A DNA stretch of 64,000 nt from a virus (taxonomy: Duplodnaviria > Caudoviricetes). This document shows positions 30,731 to 41,127 of the stretch, one piece after another. The DNA lies in IMG/VR virus record IMGVR_UViG_3300013426_000019, positions 64,001 to 128,000 of that record, one strand, 5' to 3'. The notes beneath the pieces were generated by a model that searched no databases, was not told where the DNA came from, and worked only from the letters and a program-made list of their open reading frames with translations. A program made the position numbers and the translations under genes. Numbering within the stretch: the stretch's first letter is position 1; the number at the start of each line of letters is the position of its first letter.

Positions 30731-31096
30731 TTAATGTAGGTTATATACTTCTAAGGGCTTACCACCCCACTTACCTCTTGATGTATAGTAGGGGCAAGGC
30801 TTAATGATCATTGTGTCTCCTATTAGGTTGTAAGTTACAGCCTTAACGGGTCCAATCTTAACAGGCTTCTTGTCTCTATATAGTGGTTGGCAATGTTGAG
30901 GAGCATTGAAGTAATGGGGACCTTCTAGGCCATCATCGTAAGTTGTAATACACTCAATCTCTTGAACCTTAACCCTCTTAGCTGTGTAACCCTCAACAGA
31001 GTAGAACTTATACCCCAGAATCTCCGAGTCATATGTAAACTTGGCTGCTATAATAGATCCTTTAGATAATAATCCTTCAGATACCCGCGCTGTCAT
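30731..31096 (-). CDS. Hypothetical early protein
   Basis: AAGGAG RBS and sigma70-like promoter upstream. Confidence 0.75.
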   Translation of the reverse strand: MTARVSEGLLSKGSIIAAKFTYDSEILGYKFYSVEGYTAKRVKVQEIECITTYDDGLEGPHYFNAPQHCQPLYRDKKPVKIGPVKAVTYNLIGDTMIIKPCPYYTSRGKWGGKPLEVYNLH

Positions 31097-31124
31097 ATTA
31101 TATGATCTCCTTATCTATATATAT

Positions 31125-31153
31125 ATAATATAATATTTGGGGAGTAAGGTCAA
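31125..31153 (-). promoter_or_regulatory. Sigma70-like promoter, leftward
   Basis: Minus strand TTGACC-17nt-TATTAT. Confidence 0.65.
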
Positions 31154-31188
31154 CCCCTGGGTTGATATTATTATAAGAGAGGTACACT

Positions 31189-31341
31189 ATGAAGAGTGTT
31201 GCAGCGGAGGTATTGATGGAGTTGCTTAATCGAGGAGGGGGTAGAGTAGAGGAAGACGAACTTAGGGATCTCATAGATCTTAAGAGGCAAGAACTTAACT
31301 TAGAACTTAACACAAACCCACTTGAATCTTCTAAGCATTGA
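31189..31341 (+). CDS. Small hypothetical protein (50 aa, not in ORF track)
   Basis: GAGAGG RBS; MKSVAAEVLMELLNRGGGRVEEDELRDLIDLKRQELNLELNTNPLESSKH. Confidence 0.55.
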   Translation: MKSVAAEVLMELLNRGGGRVEEDELRDLIDLKRQELNLELNTNPLESSKH

Positions 31342-31356
31342 GGTTATATTATAGAT

Positions 31357-32133
31357 ATGTGCAGTACAGTAAGAAGAGAGTTTATAATGTGTCGTAATTG
31401 CCCACAGCGAACACAAGGCAAACCATCTAACATACCAGATGGTTATTATTATGATACCCTTAATGGAGTACAGATCCTTAAAGAGTGTTCTTGTCATATT
31501 AAGTGGCGCAAGGCTAACGAAGTATACTATAAGTTAATCAATGCTAACCTTAAGGATAATCCTTATGGCTTTGAGGATTATAAGGGCACAAAGAGCCTAG
31601 AGGATGTAAGAGCTTTAGAGTATGTGTCTCAACACTTCGACAAGTTCCTAACTCGTAAGATGATATACCTATATGGTCCTAATGGCACCCAGAAGACTTC
31701 TATGTCGCAGGTCTTAGGTAAGTCCTTAATCGAGCAGGGTTATAAGGTGCAGTATATCTTAATGCAGGAACTTCTCAATAACCTTATGCCTGACTTCGAT
31801 GAGACAGATAATGATAAGAAGGCAGTCATTAAAAGGTATATGGAGACTGATCTCCTAATCATAGATGAAGCCTTCGATAAGAGTAAGGTGACTTTGTATA
31901 ACTCAGGCTATCAGATCCCGTTCCTAGATAACTTCTTGAGAACACGCTTCGAGATCAATAAAGGTTCTATATTGTTTATAAGTAATAAGAAGCCCGAAGA
32001 GATAAGTAGTCAGGGATTTGGGGAGTCATTGCAGAACTTTGTGATTAGGAATACAAGAGGCTCTTATCTTATATTCGAAGATAAGTATATTGAAAATACC
32101 TGCCCCGTAGATAGACTGAGCTTGTTCAAGTAA
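31357..32133 (+). CDS. DnaC/IstB-like helicase loader ATPase
   Basis: CRNC..ECSC zinc site, variant Walker A GPNGTQKTS, Walker B LLIIDE, FISN; directly before dnaB. Confidence 0.85.
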   Translation: MCSTVRREFIMCRNCPQRTQGKPSNIPDGYYYDTLNGVQILKECSCHIKWRKANEVYYKLINANLKDNPYGFEDYKGTKSLEDVRALEYVSQHFDKFLTRKMIYLYGPNGTQKTSMSQVLGKSLIEQGYKVQYILMQELLNNLMPDFDETDNDKKAVIKRYMETDLLIIDEAFDKSKVTLYNSGYQIPFLDNFLRTRFEINKGSILFISNKKPEEISSQGFGESLQNFVIRNTRGSYLIFEDKYIENTCPVDRLSLFK

Positions 32134-32154
32134 GAGAAGGAGAATTGAGTTATT

Positions 32155-33582
32155 ATGGTACAAGAGAAGAAGAGAGCGTCTTATGATACTGTGAGATTAG
32201 CTGAATATAGATTACTCAATGCATTAGCCAAGAATCCTGCTTATATAGAAGATCCAAGAGTGTCAGTTGAACTCTTTGTAGATGAACCAGCAAAGTCTGC
32301 GTATAACGCGATTATAGCGCTCGTAGAACAGAAGATAAACATCACACCCGCTAGCTTATGGCAGGCAGCAAGTAACATTGACTACCATGTAGATCAGCGT
32401 ACTGTACAATGTATATGGAATATAGACAGTGAAGGAGCCTCTAGTTTAGATGATATCTTAGGTATCTTAAAAACTGCACAACTCAAGAATAACCTTTTAG
32501 ATAAAGTTGACGACCTTAAAGAACAACTCGAACAACCTGGTGATCTAGATGGAGGTACCTTACTGTCTAATATATACGGCCTAGATGAGATGCTCCAAAA
32601 ATCATCTAGAGGAGACTCCCCCCTAATTAGCTTCTCTGAATGGGCTGATATGTATATTGAAGACCTCAAACTTAGGAAGGCAGGAAGGAAGTATAGTTAT
32701 GGTGATCCCTTATTAGATGAGTATCTGTATAAAGGAGCTTATCCTGGTGCTATAACTATGATCTGTGCAGGAACCAATATGGGTAAGTCAACTTATGTAT
32801 TATCCCTAATTAATAACTTATTAGAGAACAATCAGCCTTGCATGTACTTGTCACTTGAGATGTCAGGAACGGATACTATGGATAGACTTATCTCTATGAG
32901 GTGTGGTATCCCTAACGAAGAACTATATAACCCAGATCCTACTAACATAGATCACCTCATTGACTTGGTTGAGAAGGAGAAGCAGGCCCTGCTCAATAGA
33001 AAGAACTTTATGTTCTGTGAAGACCCTGATATAGATATGCCTAAGCTTAGGAAGTTGATTAAGGAGTTTAAGCAGCGCTCTAAGTCAGATTATTGCTTGG
33101 TCGCTATTGACCTCCTAACTCAAATGAAGAACTTCATGTCATCTAAAAATAATTCTAATACCGCTACGGCTATGGAAATAGCTATGAATGATTTGAACGC
33201 TCTGGCTAAAAGTGAGAACGTGCATATAGTAGGCGTTGCACAGCTTAATAGAGAAACAGATAATGTTAAAATTAGAGATTTGCAGGATATTGAAGATTGT
33301 AGACCCAATTTGGCTTCTATTAAGAACTCAGGTGCACTCGCGGAAAGATCAAGAGTGGTATTAGTATGTTTTAGAAATCGCTTTTTTATTGATAGGTACT
33401 TGCAGGATGATGAGCAAGCACAAGCCCAACCAGATATTATGGATGTGCAAGTACTTAAAAATAGTAATGGACCTTCAGGCAAGAAGCTTAAATATATGTT
33501 TGACTCTGATCATTTTAAGTTATTACCCTTAGCAGATGAAGAGCAGGCCAAACTTGACTCCTTAAGAGAAATCGACTTCTGA
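32155..33582 (+). CDS. dnaB: Replicative DnaB-like helicase
   Basis: AGTNMGKST, YLSLEM, VAIDLL, AQLNRE, RPNLASIKNSGALAE, KNSNGP. Confidence 0.93.
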   Translation: MVQEKKRASYDTVRLAEYRLLNALAKNPAYIEDPRVSVELFVDEPAKSAYNAIIALVEQKINITPASLWQAASNIDYHVDQRTVQCIWNIDSEGASSLDDILGILKTAQLKNNLLDKVDDLKEQLEQPGDLDGGTLLSNIYGLDEMLQKSSRGDSPLISFSEWADMYIEDLKLRKAGRKYSYGDPLLDEYLYKGAYPGAITMICAGTNMGKSTYVLSLINNLLENNQPCMYLSLEMSGTDTMDRLISMRCGIPNEELYNPDPTNIDHLIDLVEKEKQALLNRKNFMFCEDPDIDMPKLRKLIKEFKQRSKSDYCLVAIDLLTQMKNFMSSKNNSNTATAMEIAMNDLNALAKSENVHIVGVAQLNRETDNVKIRDLQDIEDCRPNLASIKNSGALAERSRVVLVCFRNRFFIDRYLQDDEQAQAQPDIMDVQVLKNSNGPSGKKLKYMFDSDHFKLLPLADEEQAKLDSLREIDF

Positions 33583-35192
33583 TTGAGGAAGATTACAGAG
33601 CTTTGAGTTATATTATATATAATATGACAGTGCAAGAAGCGAAGGATATATTACTCAACAATAAGATAATAACACCTCTAACTAAGGGTGATGTGGGGTT
33701 CAAAGTTAACCCCTCTCTAATAAGACACAATATACCCTTAGAAGAGAAGTTATTAGAATACCCTGAGCTCTATAAATATCTCCTAACATTCCCCTCTATA
33801 AAGGAGGGGTTATATAGATGCTATCATCTACTGGATAAGACTCCTACCTGTAAGTATTGTGGCAAAGACTTATACTTCACTAAGGTGAAGTACTCAAGAA
33901 CATGTGGATCAAAAGAGTGTGTGTTCAAGTTAAACTTAGAGTCTAAACTTAAAAACAACCCAGATGATCCTTACAATACTAAAAAGCAAAAAGAAACAGC
34001 TAAGAATAAAACAGCGGAGCAACAGGCCACCATAATAGAGAAGAGGAAAAAAACCAAGCTCGAAAAATATGGGGATGCTAATTACAACAACTCTGAAAAA
34101 AACAAGGAGACTTGTTTGAAAAAATATGGAGTGACTAACCCTTCATTAGTGCAGGAATTCAAAGATAAAAGAACTCAAACCAATCTGGAAAAGTTTGGGG
34201 AAACTTCAGTCTTCAAAACAGATAGGTTCAAAGAAAAACTCAAGAAGAATAATCTCGAAAAGTATGGAACAGAGTATGCATCACAATCAGAGATAATAAA
34301 AAACAAGATGAAACAAACTTGTCTCGAAAAGTACGGTGTGGAATATGCGTTCCAAGCTGAGGAGGTTAAGACCCATATTAAGCAAACTCTGGAAAGTAGA
34401 ACACCTGAACAAATAGCAGCTACTATAGAAAAAACGGAAAAAACTAATCTTGAAAAATATGGAGTTAAGTGTGTCTTAAGTAGTCCTGAAATAAAGGATA
34501 AAGCTAGAAAAACCATAGAGAAGAAAGTTGAGGAAGACCCTGAATATTGGAAGAAAATAAAAGAGAAGGGTCTCGGCACCCTAAAAGAAAAATACGGTTC
34601 TCTGGAAAAATATTATGAGGTAATTCGAGCAAAAACAAGAGATACTCTAATTAAAAATTATAGCTCCTTAAAAAAATGCTATGAAGAAAGGAGTGAAAAA
34701 GCAAAGGAGAGTAGTTATCAAAAATATGGTGTTGCACATTATAGGAATACAGAAGAGTATAGAGAGAAGGATAAGGAAATAAGAGAAGCTCAGTACTTGA
34801 AGTTCAGAGAAGAAAATCCTACAGTTATATCACTCTTCGAATTAGAGGAAGCCAATAAAGGGTTCTTTGAGAGTCATGGAGTGAATAAAAATAGAGAACC
34901 TATCCTAATAAAGGAGAGTATAGAAGCCCTGGGCTATGAGATAAAAGATTATAACTTCGGTAATGGTGATGTATCTAAACACTTCCTAGGAATAGACTTA
35001 AAAGGCAAGCCTATCGAGGAGTTCCTGAAAGTCTTCGAGGATATACTCAAAATTAAGTTCAAAGAGTTTATAGCAGGAGCCTATAGATCTAAGGGTGAAA
35101 AAGAAGTATATGATTAAACCTCAAAAATATAGAAACCTCTCATATAGTATTGTTAATTTTAATCTTTAATATATTTAACTACTAATATTAGT

Positions 35193-35798
35193 ATGAAAGC
35201 AAATGAAGTGATGAAATTATTAAATATCAAAAGCAGGAACACCTTGAGCAGTTATGTAAAGGAGGGTTTAATAAAAGTAGCTACTACTCCGAGGGGAAGA
35301 TATATCTACGATGAAGATTCCGTATATAGATTTATAGGACTTAAAAAAGAAAAGAAAAATAAAATAAATATATCTTATTCTAGAGTTTCTACGCCCTCTC
35401 AAAAAAATCAATTGAAAGAACAAACAAAAAGAATATATGAGTCTTGCTTATCTAAAGGCATACAACTAGATTTGCAATTAGAAGACGTGAAGTCAGGGAT
35501 GAATTCAGATAGAAGGGGATTTCAAGAATTAATACAAAGGGTGATAAAAGGGGAAGTGGAATTAGTAATTGTAGAAAATAAAGATAGGCTAATTCGCTTT
35601 AATTTTGATCTGTTGGAAAATATTTTTAAATATTTTGGAACAAGAATTGTTGTTCTAAGTGAATCTCTAGATAATAAAAGTTATGAGCAAGAATTAACAG
35701 AGGATCTTATTTCTATAATTCATCATTTTTCTATGAAATCGTATTCTCATAGGAGAAAACTAAATAAAATTAGAAAAGAATTAGAGGAAAATAATTAA
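35193..35798 (+). CDS. tnpA: IS607 serine transposase
   Basis: N-terminal MerR-like HTH, YSRVST..QK..L, SGMN..R, ENKDRL.RF, ELTEDL.SIIH.FS. Confidence 0.95.
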   Translation: MKANEVMKLLNIKSRNTLSSYVKEGLIKVATTPRGRYIYDEDSVYRFIGLKKEKKNKINISYSRVSTPSQKNQLKEQTKRIYESCLSKGIQLDLQLEDVKSGMNSDRRGFQELIQRVIKGEVELVIVENKDRLIRFNFDLLENIFKYFGTRIVVLSESLDNKSYEQELTEDLISIIHHFSMKSYSHRRKLNKIRKELEENN

Positions 35799-35844
35799 CT
35801 CCCTAATTAATCCATACTAATTAATATATAAAGGTATATAAAGA

Positions 35845-37215
35845 GTGAAGACAATAAAGTTGCCTTATAAATCAGAAGGTAAAGAAAGAATCCTATCTTA
35901 TGTGAATAATTTCAATTCCGTATTGAGATTCACATATAATAGAATAACTGATTCTGAAAAAGGCTTATCTACGAAGGAACTTACTAAATTCCAAAAAAGC
36001 ATGAATAATGTCTTCATTGACTCTCACTTTAAAAATTCTGCTATTTTCAAAGCTAAAGCTTTACATACGAGAAATCCAAATAAAAAAATATTATTTGGTG
36101 GGAAAAAGATATTTGAGCAGAGGAGAAAAAATACTTTAAGTAAGGAAGAGTTTAAAGCTTTGAGGTATGCTCCCTTATGTTCTATAGGGGAAGCAGATAA
36201 AAAAGGAAATAGGAAATTCCAAATAGTTTCTGATTCCAAAATTCTATTTAAACCCAACAGAAAAGAACATATAGAATTAATCCTCCCAAAACTTAGAAAT
36301 AATTATAGAAAAGAATTACTAAAATTAATGTCTTTTCAAAATTCTAAGACTATCTCCATTACATATGAATTAGATTGCAACTACATATATATTTCTTATG
36401 ATCTTCCCGCAGGAGAATCTTCTACGAAAAAGAATAGTATCCTTAAGGATAGGATTTTTGCGATCGATTTAAATCCCAATTATATAGGATGGTCCATAGT
36501 AGATTGGAATAGTGGTGAAGAATATAGATTAGTGGCCTCTGGTTTGGGATCCACCAAGGATCTTAATGATTGCGATTTTTCTCTAAAAGGCAAGGGGCTA
36601 AATTCTTCCTCAAAAGAAAGAAAATACATTTCAAATAAAAGGAAACATGAACTTGTAGAGATATCTTCTTATCTCACTTCACTGGCTTATCACTATCATT
36701 GTCAAATTTTTTCTATGGAGGATCTAACTATAAAATCCTCTAACAAAGAAAAAGGACATAAATACAATAAATTAATCAATAACTGTTGGAATAGAAATCT
36801 TCTTACAAATCAAATAGAAAAAAGATGCAAGTTATTGGGTCTCGAATTTTTAAAAGTCAAAGCAAATTACAGCTCTTTTGTAGGTAACTTAGCTTATCGA
36901 AGAGAGAATAGACCCGATATGATTCTTTCAAGTATTGAGATTAGTAGAAGAGGCTATGAGTTCTACCATCAGTACATAAAGAAAGATAAAGAAAAACAAA
37001 AGAACATAATTTTCAATGAAAGCAAATCTAATAAAATTCTCATAAAGAAATCGTTGGAAGAATTGAAGTATGAGAAAGATTTCACATCCATCGAAAAATT
37101 ATATAAAGAAATAAAAACTCTAAATTTGAGATATAGAGTTTCTTTAAATGAAAATTTAAAGTTTTTCAGTTTAAAATCTAATAAATCTAAAATTAATTGT
37201 TATAATTATATATAG
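35845..37215 (+). CDS. tnpB: IS607-associated TnpB lacking the zinc ribbon
   Basis: RuvC IFAIDLNP, MEDL, PDM..S.EI.RR; no CxxC pairs after YSS. Confidence 0.85.
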   Translation: MKTIKLPYKSEGKERILSYVNNFNSVLRFTYNRITDSEKGLSTKELTKFQKSMNNVFIDSHFKNSAIFKAKALHTRNPNKKILFGGKKIFEQRRKNTLSKEEFKALRYAPLCSIGEADKKGNRKFQIVSDSKILFKPNRKEHIELILPKLRNNYRKELLKLMSFQNSKTISITYELDCNYIYISYDLPAGESSTKKNSILKDRIFAIDLNPNYIGWSIVDWNSGEEYRLVASGLGSTKDLNDCDFSLKGKGLNSSSKERKYISNKRKHELVEISSYLTSLAYHYHCQIFSMEDLTIKSSNKEKGHKYNKLINNCWNRNLLTNQIEKRCKLLGLEFLKVKANYSSFVGNLAYRRENRPDMILSSIEISRRGYEFYHQYIKKDKEKQKNIIFNESKSNKILIKKSLEELKYEKDFTSIEKLYKEIKTLNLRYRVSLNENLKFFSLKSNKSKINCYNYI

Positions 37216-38124
37216 ATTGTTATGTTTTAGATATCTTATGTTAAATCTATTGTAGCCGATGAAGTATACTATCAGAATAGGGGTATCATCAAAAATCCAG
37301 ATAATGACAAGCATCTTGAATTAGACATATATATCCCCTCTAAGAAAATAGCAATTGAATATAATGGGAGTTACTGGCACTCAAGATGTGATAAGAACTA
37401 TCACTTAAATAAGACCTTAGCTTGTGAGAAGTTAGGCATAAGACTCATACATATATGGGACTATGAGTGGATATACCAACAAGACTTAATTAAAGGATTC
37501 TTGAAAAACCTCCTCACCTCTAAAATCAAAATAGGTGCCAGGAAGTGTGTAGTGAAGAAGGTGGAGTTAAAAGAGGAAAAAGAGTTCTTGAATACTTATC
37601 ATCTTCAAGGCTACCAGAAATCTATGGTATGTTATGGCCTATATTACAAAGGAGAGATCCTACAACTAATGAGCTTCAGCAAATCTAGATATAGAAAATC
37701 TATACCTTACGAGCTACTCAGATTGTGCACCAAAGAAGGTTATACTATAATAGGAGGATCTAACAAGCTGCTTAGGGAGTTTGAAAGAGAATATAGTCCT
37801 AGTAGCATTGTATCTTATTGCAATAGAGATAAGTTCAGGGGAGATGTATATACTCAATTAGGATTTGAAGCTGAAAAGTTAAAACCTACGGCGTTCTACG
37901 TCAAATTAAAGGAGAGTAGCTATTCAAGATTCTCTGCTAGTTCATTAGCTAAAGTTGGCGCTGACAAACTTATAGGTACTTGTGATGGTAAAGGATCAAA
38001 TAATGAAGAGATTGCCTTAAGAGAAGGCTACTTCAAATTGTGGGGTACAGGGCAACAAACTTATGTGAAAACTATTGAAAAGTAAGGGCCAATTGCTTAT
38101 ACTATATACAAAGAGGAACCTTAA

Positions 38125-38433
38125 ATGTCTAGAAGCACAAAAAAACCTTATATACATTATACATCGTTCGATCCCAAAACTCAGAGAGCCTTCAGAAACT
38201 TGTCTAGAAGGCTTATAAGGCGTAAAGGTAAGTTGAGCGTTAAGGCATGTATGAGCGCAAGAGACTTAGAGGACGTAGAAGATGTATATCATAAAGGCAC
38301 CTCCTTTAAAGATGGTTATGATGAGTGGACCCTGCCCTCAGATGGTCATCAGCACTACTATAATATAAAGTCTGGGAGTTGCTTAACTGAAGAAGAACTT
38401 AGGGAAGATAGAAAAAAATCTATGAGGAAGTAG
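38125..38433 (+). CDS. Small basic phage protein
   Basis: MSRSTKKP...MRK; GAGG RBS; promoter motif upstream. Confidence 0.7.
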   Translation: MSRSTKKPYIHYTSFDPKTQRAFRNLSRRLIRRKGKLSVKACMSARDLEDVEDVYHKGTSFKDGYDEWTLPSDGHQHYYNIKSGSCLTEEELREDRKKSMRK

Positions 38434-38456
38434 TAGCTCAAACTAATTAAAACAAT

Positions 38457-39749
38457 ATGATCATATGCAATGAAGTCACGGAAGGGAAGCCTCTTAAGAT
38501 AAACACAAAAACAGGGGTTATAGAGTGTCAGAAGCTAATAGTGGACAGCACTCTAAACAATACCATCATAGACACAAAGAATGACACAATTAGGACTGAC
38601 TACTGCTATGTTCGGGAATACATGGAAGAGATTCAATCGAGTTCAGAGAGTCCTATTATAATCTCAAGTCCGACCATAGAGAAGGCGATTAAGTTATGTA
38701 GTCTTAAGAGACCTAAAGCAGATACGGGCCCTACTGTCTGGCTATCATTAAAAGAGCCAACACTTAAATATATAGACTTCGGAGATGCTAATAGAACCAC
38801 TCTAAATATAAAGTATCAGGAGATCTCAGAAGACAATTATCCTAAAGGGCAACCTAAATGGATAGTGTGGCAATCAGGAGCCTCATTAAGCCTGGATATA
38901 ATAAATAAGATATCTGCCTACGATATATATGATCTCTGGAATACTCTATATAGATATCATGGCTTCAGGGGCTTTGATGGTGAATATAAAGGTTACATAG
39001 CTCAAATAATACTAAATGCAATAGCAAGCAATGAGGACTCAAACCTATCTGAAGAGTTAATAACGTTTCCAATAGACCTTGATTATTGTAATATAATCTA
39101 CTCAAGCGCTGATCAAATGGAGAAATTTGAGTTCTATAGCTGGAATATCTGGAAGGTTCTAGTACCCCAAATGTTTGGGCTAGAAATTGACGATAAAGGC
39201 GAAATCACCTACCTAGAAGGCTCAGAATTGTTCTACAGCAAAGACAGTGATTGCAGAGTATCATTGCCAATACCTTCAGTATACATAGGACTAGAAAATA
39301 ATAAGGGCAAGGCAACACCCTACATAGAAATATCTATACCCGCAAATGATACGAGAAAACCACAAATAGAGTGGGCATGGAGAAGTACCTACAGCTCCTC
39401 ATTAGAAGAGGACAAGTGGAATCATGCAGATGCAGGAACTACTACTATAAAGTTAACAGACGCTCAGTACTTCGATATGGGCGACGGAAATAAATACACA
39501 GGCAAGTTCAAAGGACAACTACTAGTAAGAACGCACAAAACTTACGACTTCACGAAAGGCTTCGGTTCTATAAGAGAAGTATACTCTGATATAAGGTCCA
39601 TTACACCGGAAGGTTCAGAAGATATAAGAGGTAAGAATATACAAGTAGGTGCAACCTTAGATACTTCGGGCAAGGTTATATTGGGTAACCTTGCAGTAAA
39701 GAAAAATGATACTCTAACAGATATACTAATAGGTGAGAATGCAAGATGA
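38457..39749 (+). CDS. Hypothetical, probable virion protein
   Basis: 430 aa, translationally coupled (ATGA) to the fibre-like gene 39746. Confidence 0.6.
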   Translation: MIICNEVTEGKPLKINTKTGVIECQKLIVDSTLNNTIIDTKNDTIRTDYCYVREYMEEIQSSSESPIIISSPTIEKAIKLCSLKRPKADTGPTVWLSLKEPTLKYIDFGDANRTTLNIKYQEISEDNYPKGQPKWIVWQSGASLSLDIINKISAYDIYDLWNTLYRYHGFRGFDGEYKGYIAQIILNAIASNEDSNLSEELITFPIDLDYCNIIYSSADQMEKFEFYSWNIWKVLVPQMFGLEIDDKGEITYLEGSELFYSKDSDCRVSLPIPSVYIGLENNKGKATPYIEISIPANDTRKPQIEWAWRSTYSSSLEEDKWNHADAGTTTIKLTDAQYFDMGDGNKYTGKFKGQLLVRTHKTYDFTKGFGSIREVYSDIRSITPEGSEDIRGKNIQVGATLDTSGKVILGNLAVKKNDTLTDILIGENAR

Positions 39750-41059
39750 GTTTGTTAATTAATGACTTAAAATCACTAGAAAAAGCAGAAAAAGACACTG
39801 TGTTCTTAGTGAGACACACAGATGGATTAGAACATAAGTACTCCTTCGAGACATTAGCCAAGGATGTATTAGAGAATATTGTTACTGATAATGCTGACAC
39901 TACTAGTTTAGGATCTCAGACAAAGCCTATAACCTTAGTATATGCTCAGACAGTTGTGGCTAATACTTATAATGGTCATACGTTAGGTAAGTTCGACGAC
40001 ATGACAAGTGCTAGTAGTCCTGAAGCGTCAGCTACTGGTACAGTTGTGCAAATGCTAAATGAGAAGATGACGCCACTGGTATCAGGAACAACTCTTAATC
40101 GACATGATAATATTGAAATTAGATTAGATGAATTAAGTAGTGATGGTACCCTTAAACAAGCCCTTAAGTATGTACCTGCAACAATTAAAGGTACCTATAA
40201 AGAGGTAGGATATAGCTCCCCAAGAAGCTTGGGCATAAAGATAGGAAACTACTATTTAGGGTCAGCAGCAACCTTCGGCGTTAAGAGACAATTTATATAT
40301 GGGGCTTCTACTACAATTGAGGAATATCCTAAAGAAGCCTACGAAGAAGACAGTAAATACCTTGCTACTTATGCAGATCTTGCCTACAATACAAAAGAGC
40401 TAATCAAAGAGATCTCAAGTAATGTCAAAACTGAAAGCGACAAGCTCACAACCAACAATGCGTATACTCTCACTACAAACAACAAAGCCCAGAAATTCTA
40501 CGTTGTAGGCAAAAAAGAAGCAGCAGGAACTACTCAAACTGATAATGAGCGCCGTAAGTTCTATGTCAGTAAAAACGATGCAAATGCTGTGACAGTAACA
40601 ATAGATACGGACAACTCCTCCACACTATCAGCAACATATGTAGCCAATGCAATCTGGAACGATATTGCGGACTACTTAGAGGTAGATGAGGACTTAGAAG
40701 TTATATATGGTCGAACATATACAAGAGATCCAGAGACCTTAAAGATTAGGCTAGCACAAAAGAATGAACCAATAATAGGAATAGCATCAGATACTTGTGG
40801 CTTCAAAGTAGGAAGGAATACAGACATACATCAAATCCCGATTGCAATTGGAGGATGGGTCTTGGCTTATGTAGATAACGCCTACAAGCCTGGAACACTG
40901 CTTAAGGTAGGTGACGACGGTATCTTAACTAAAGCGACTAAGAGGGATGAAATCTTCAATGCCTTCAGGATTGCAGCAAGTTATGATAGACCTGAACCTC
41001 AAGAATCCTGGCATGGTAAAGAAGTTAAAGGTAGACACTGGGTCAAGGTTAGATCTTAA
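39746..41059 (+). CDS. Tail fibre/spike-like protein with C-terminal chaperone domain
   Basis: NAIWNDIAD..IIGIASDT.G..IAIGGWVLAYVD..VKGRHWVKVR, homologous to the C-terminus of 9478. Confidence 0.8.
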   Translation: MSLLINDLKSLEKAEKDTVFLVRHTDGLEHKYSFETLAKDVLENIVTDNADTTSLGSQTKPITLVYAQTVVANTYNGHTLGKFDDMTSASSPEASATGTVVQMLNEKMTPLVSGTTLNRHDNIEIRLDELSSDGTLKQALKYVPATIKGTYKEVGYSSPRSLGIKIGNYYLGSAATFGVKRQFIYGASTTIEEYPKEAYEEDSKYLATYADLAYNTKELIKEISSNVKTESDKLTTNNAYTLTTNNKAQKFYVVGKKEAAGTTQTDNERRKFYVSKNDANAVTVTIDTDNSSTLSATYVANAIWNDIADYLEVDEDLEVIYGRTYTRDPETLKIRLAQKNEPIIGIASDTCGFKVGRNTDIHQIPIAIGGWVLAYVDNAYKPGTLLKVGDDGILTKATKRDEIFNAFRIAASYDRPEPQESWHGKEVKGRHWVKVRS

Positions 41060-41127
41060 AAATAATAGTAGAAATCCCCTCAAATAAGAGGGGAATATTA
41101 TTGCTCAGGGGTTATATTATATACAAT

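Larger units (their letters stand above)
35115..37236 (+). mobile_element. IS607-family element
   Basis: Serine-recombinase tnpA plus tnpB; removing it restores GAT-TAT in frame; TTA occurs at both junctions (35114-35116, 37236-37238). Confidence 0.92.
33624..38085 (+). pseudogene. KYG-repeat Vsr-like endonuclease/GNAT gene interrupted by IS607
   Basis: 5' part ends SKGEKEVYD (35114). The frame resumes at 37237 as YVKSIVADEV..LELDIYIPSKKIAIEYNGSYWHS, continuous with ORF 37501-38085; same architecture as 58240. Confidence 0.9.

Noticed and set aside
35115-35192. IStron (group I intron) that would splice out the IS607
   Set aside because: Only ~78 nt of AT-rich sequence lie between the left junction and tnpA, too short for a group I intron core
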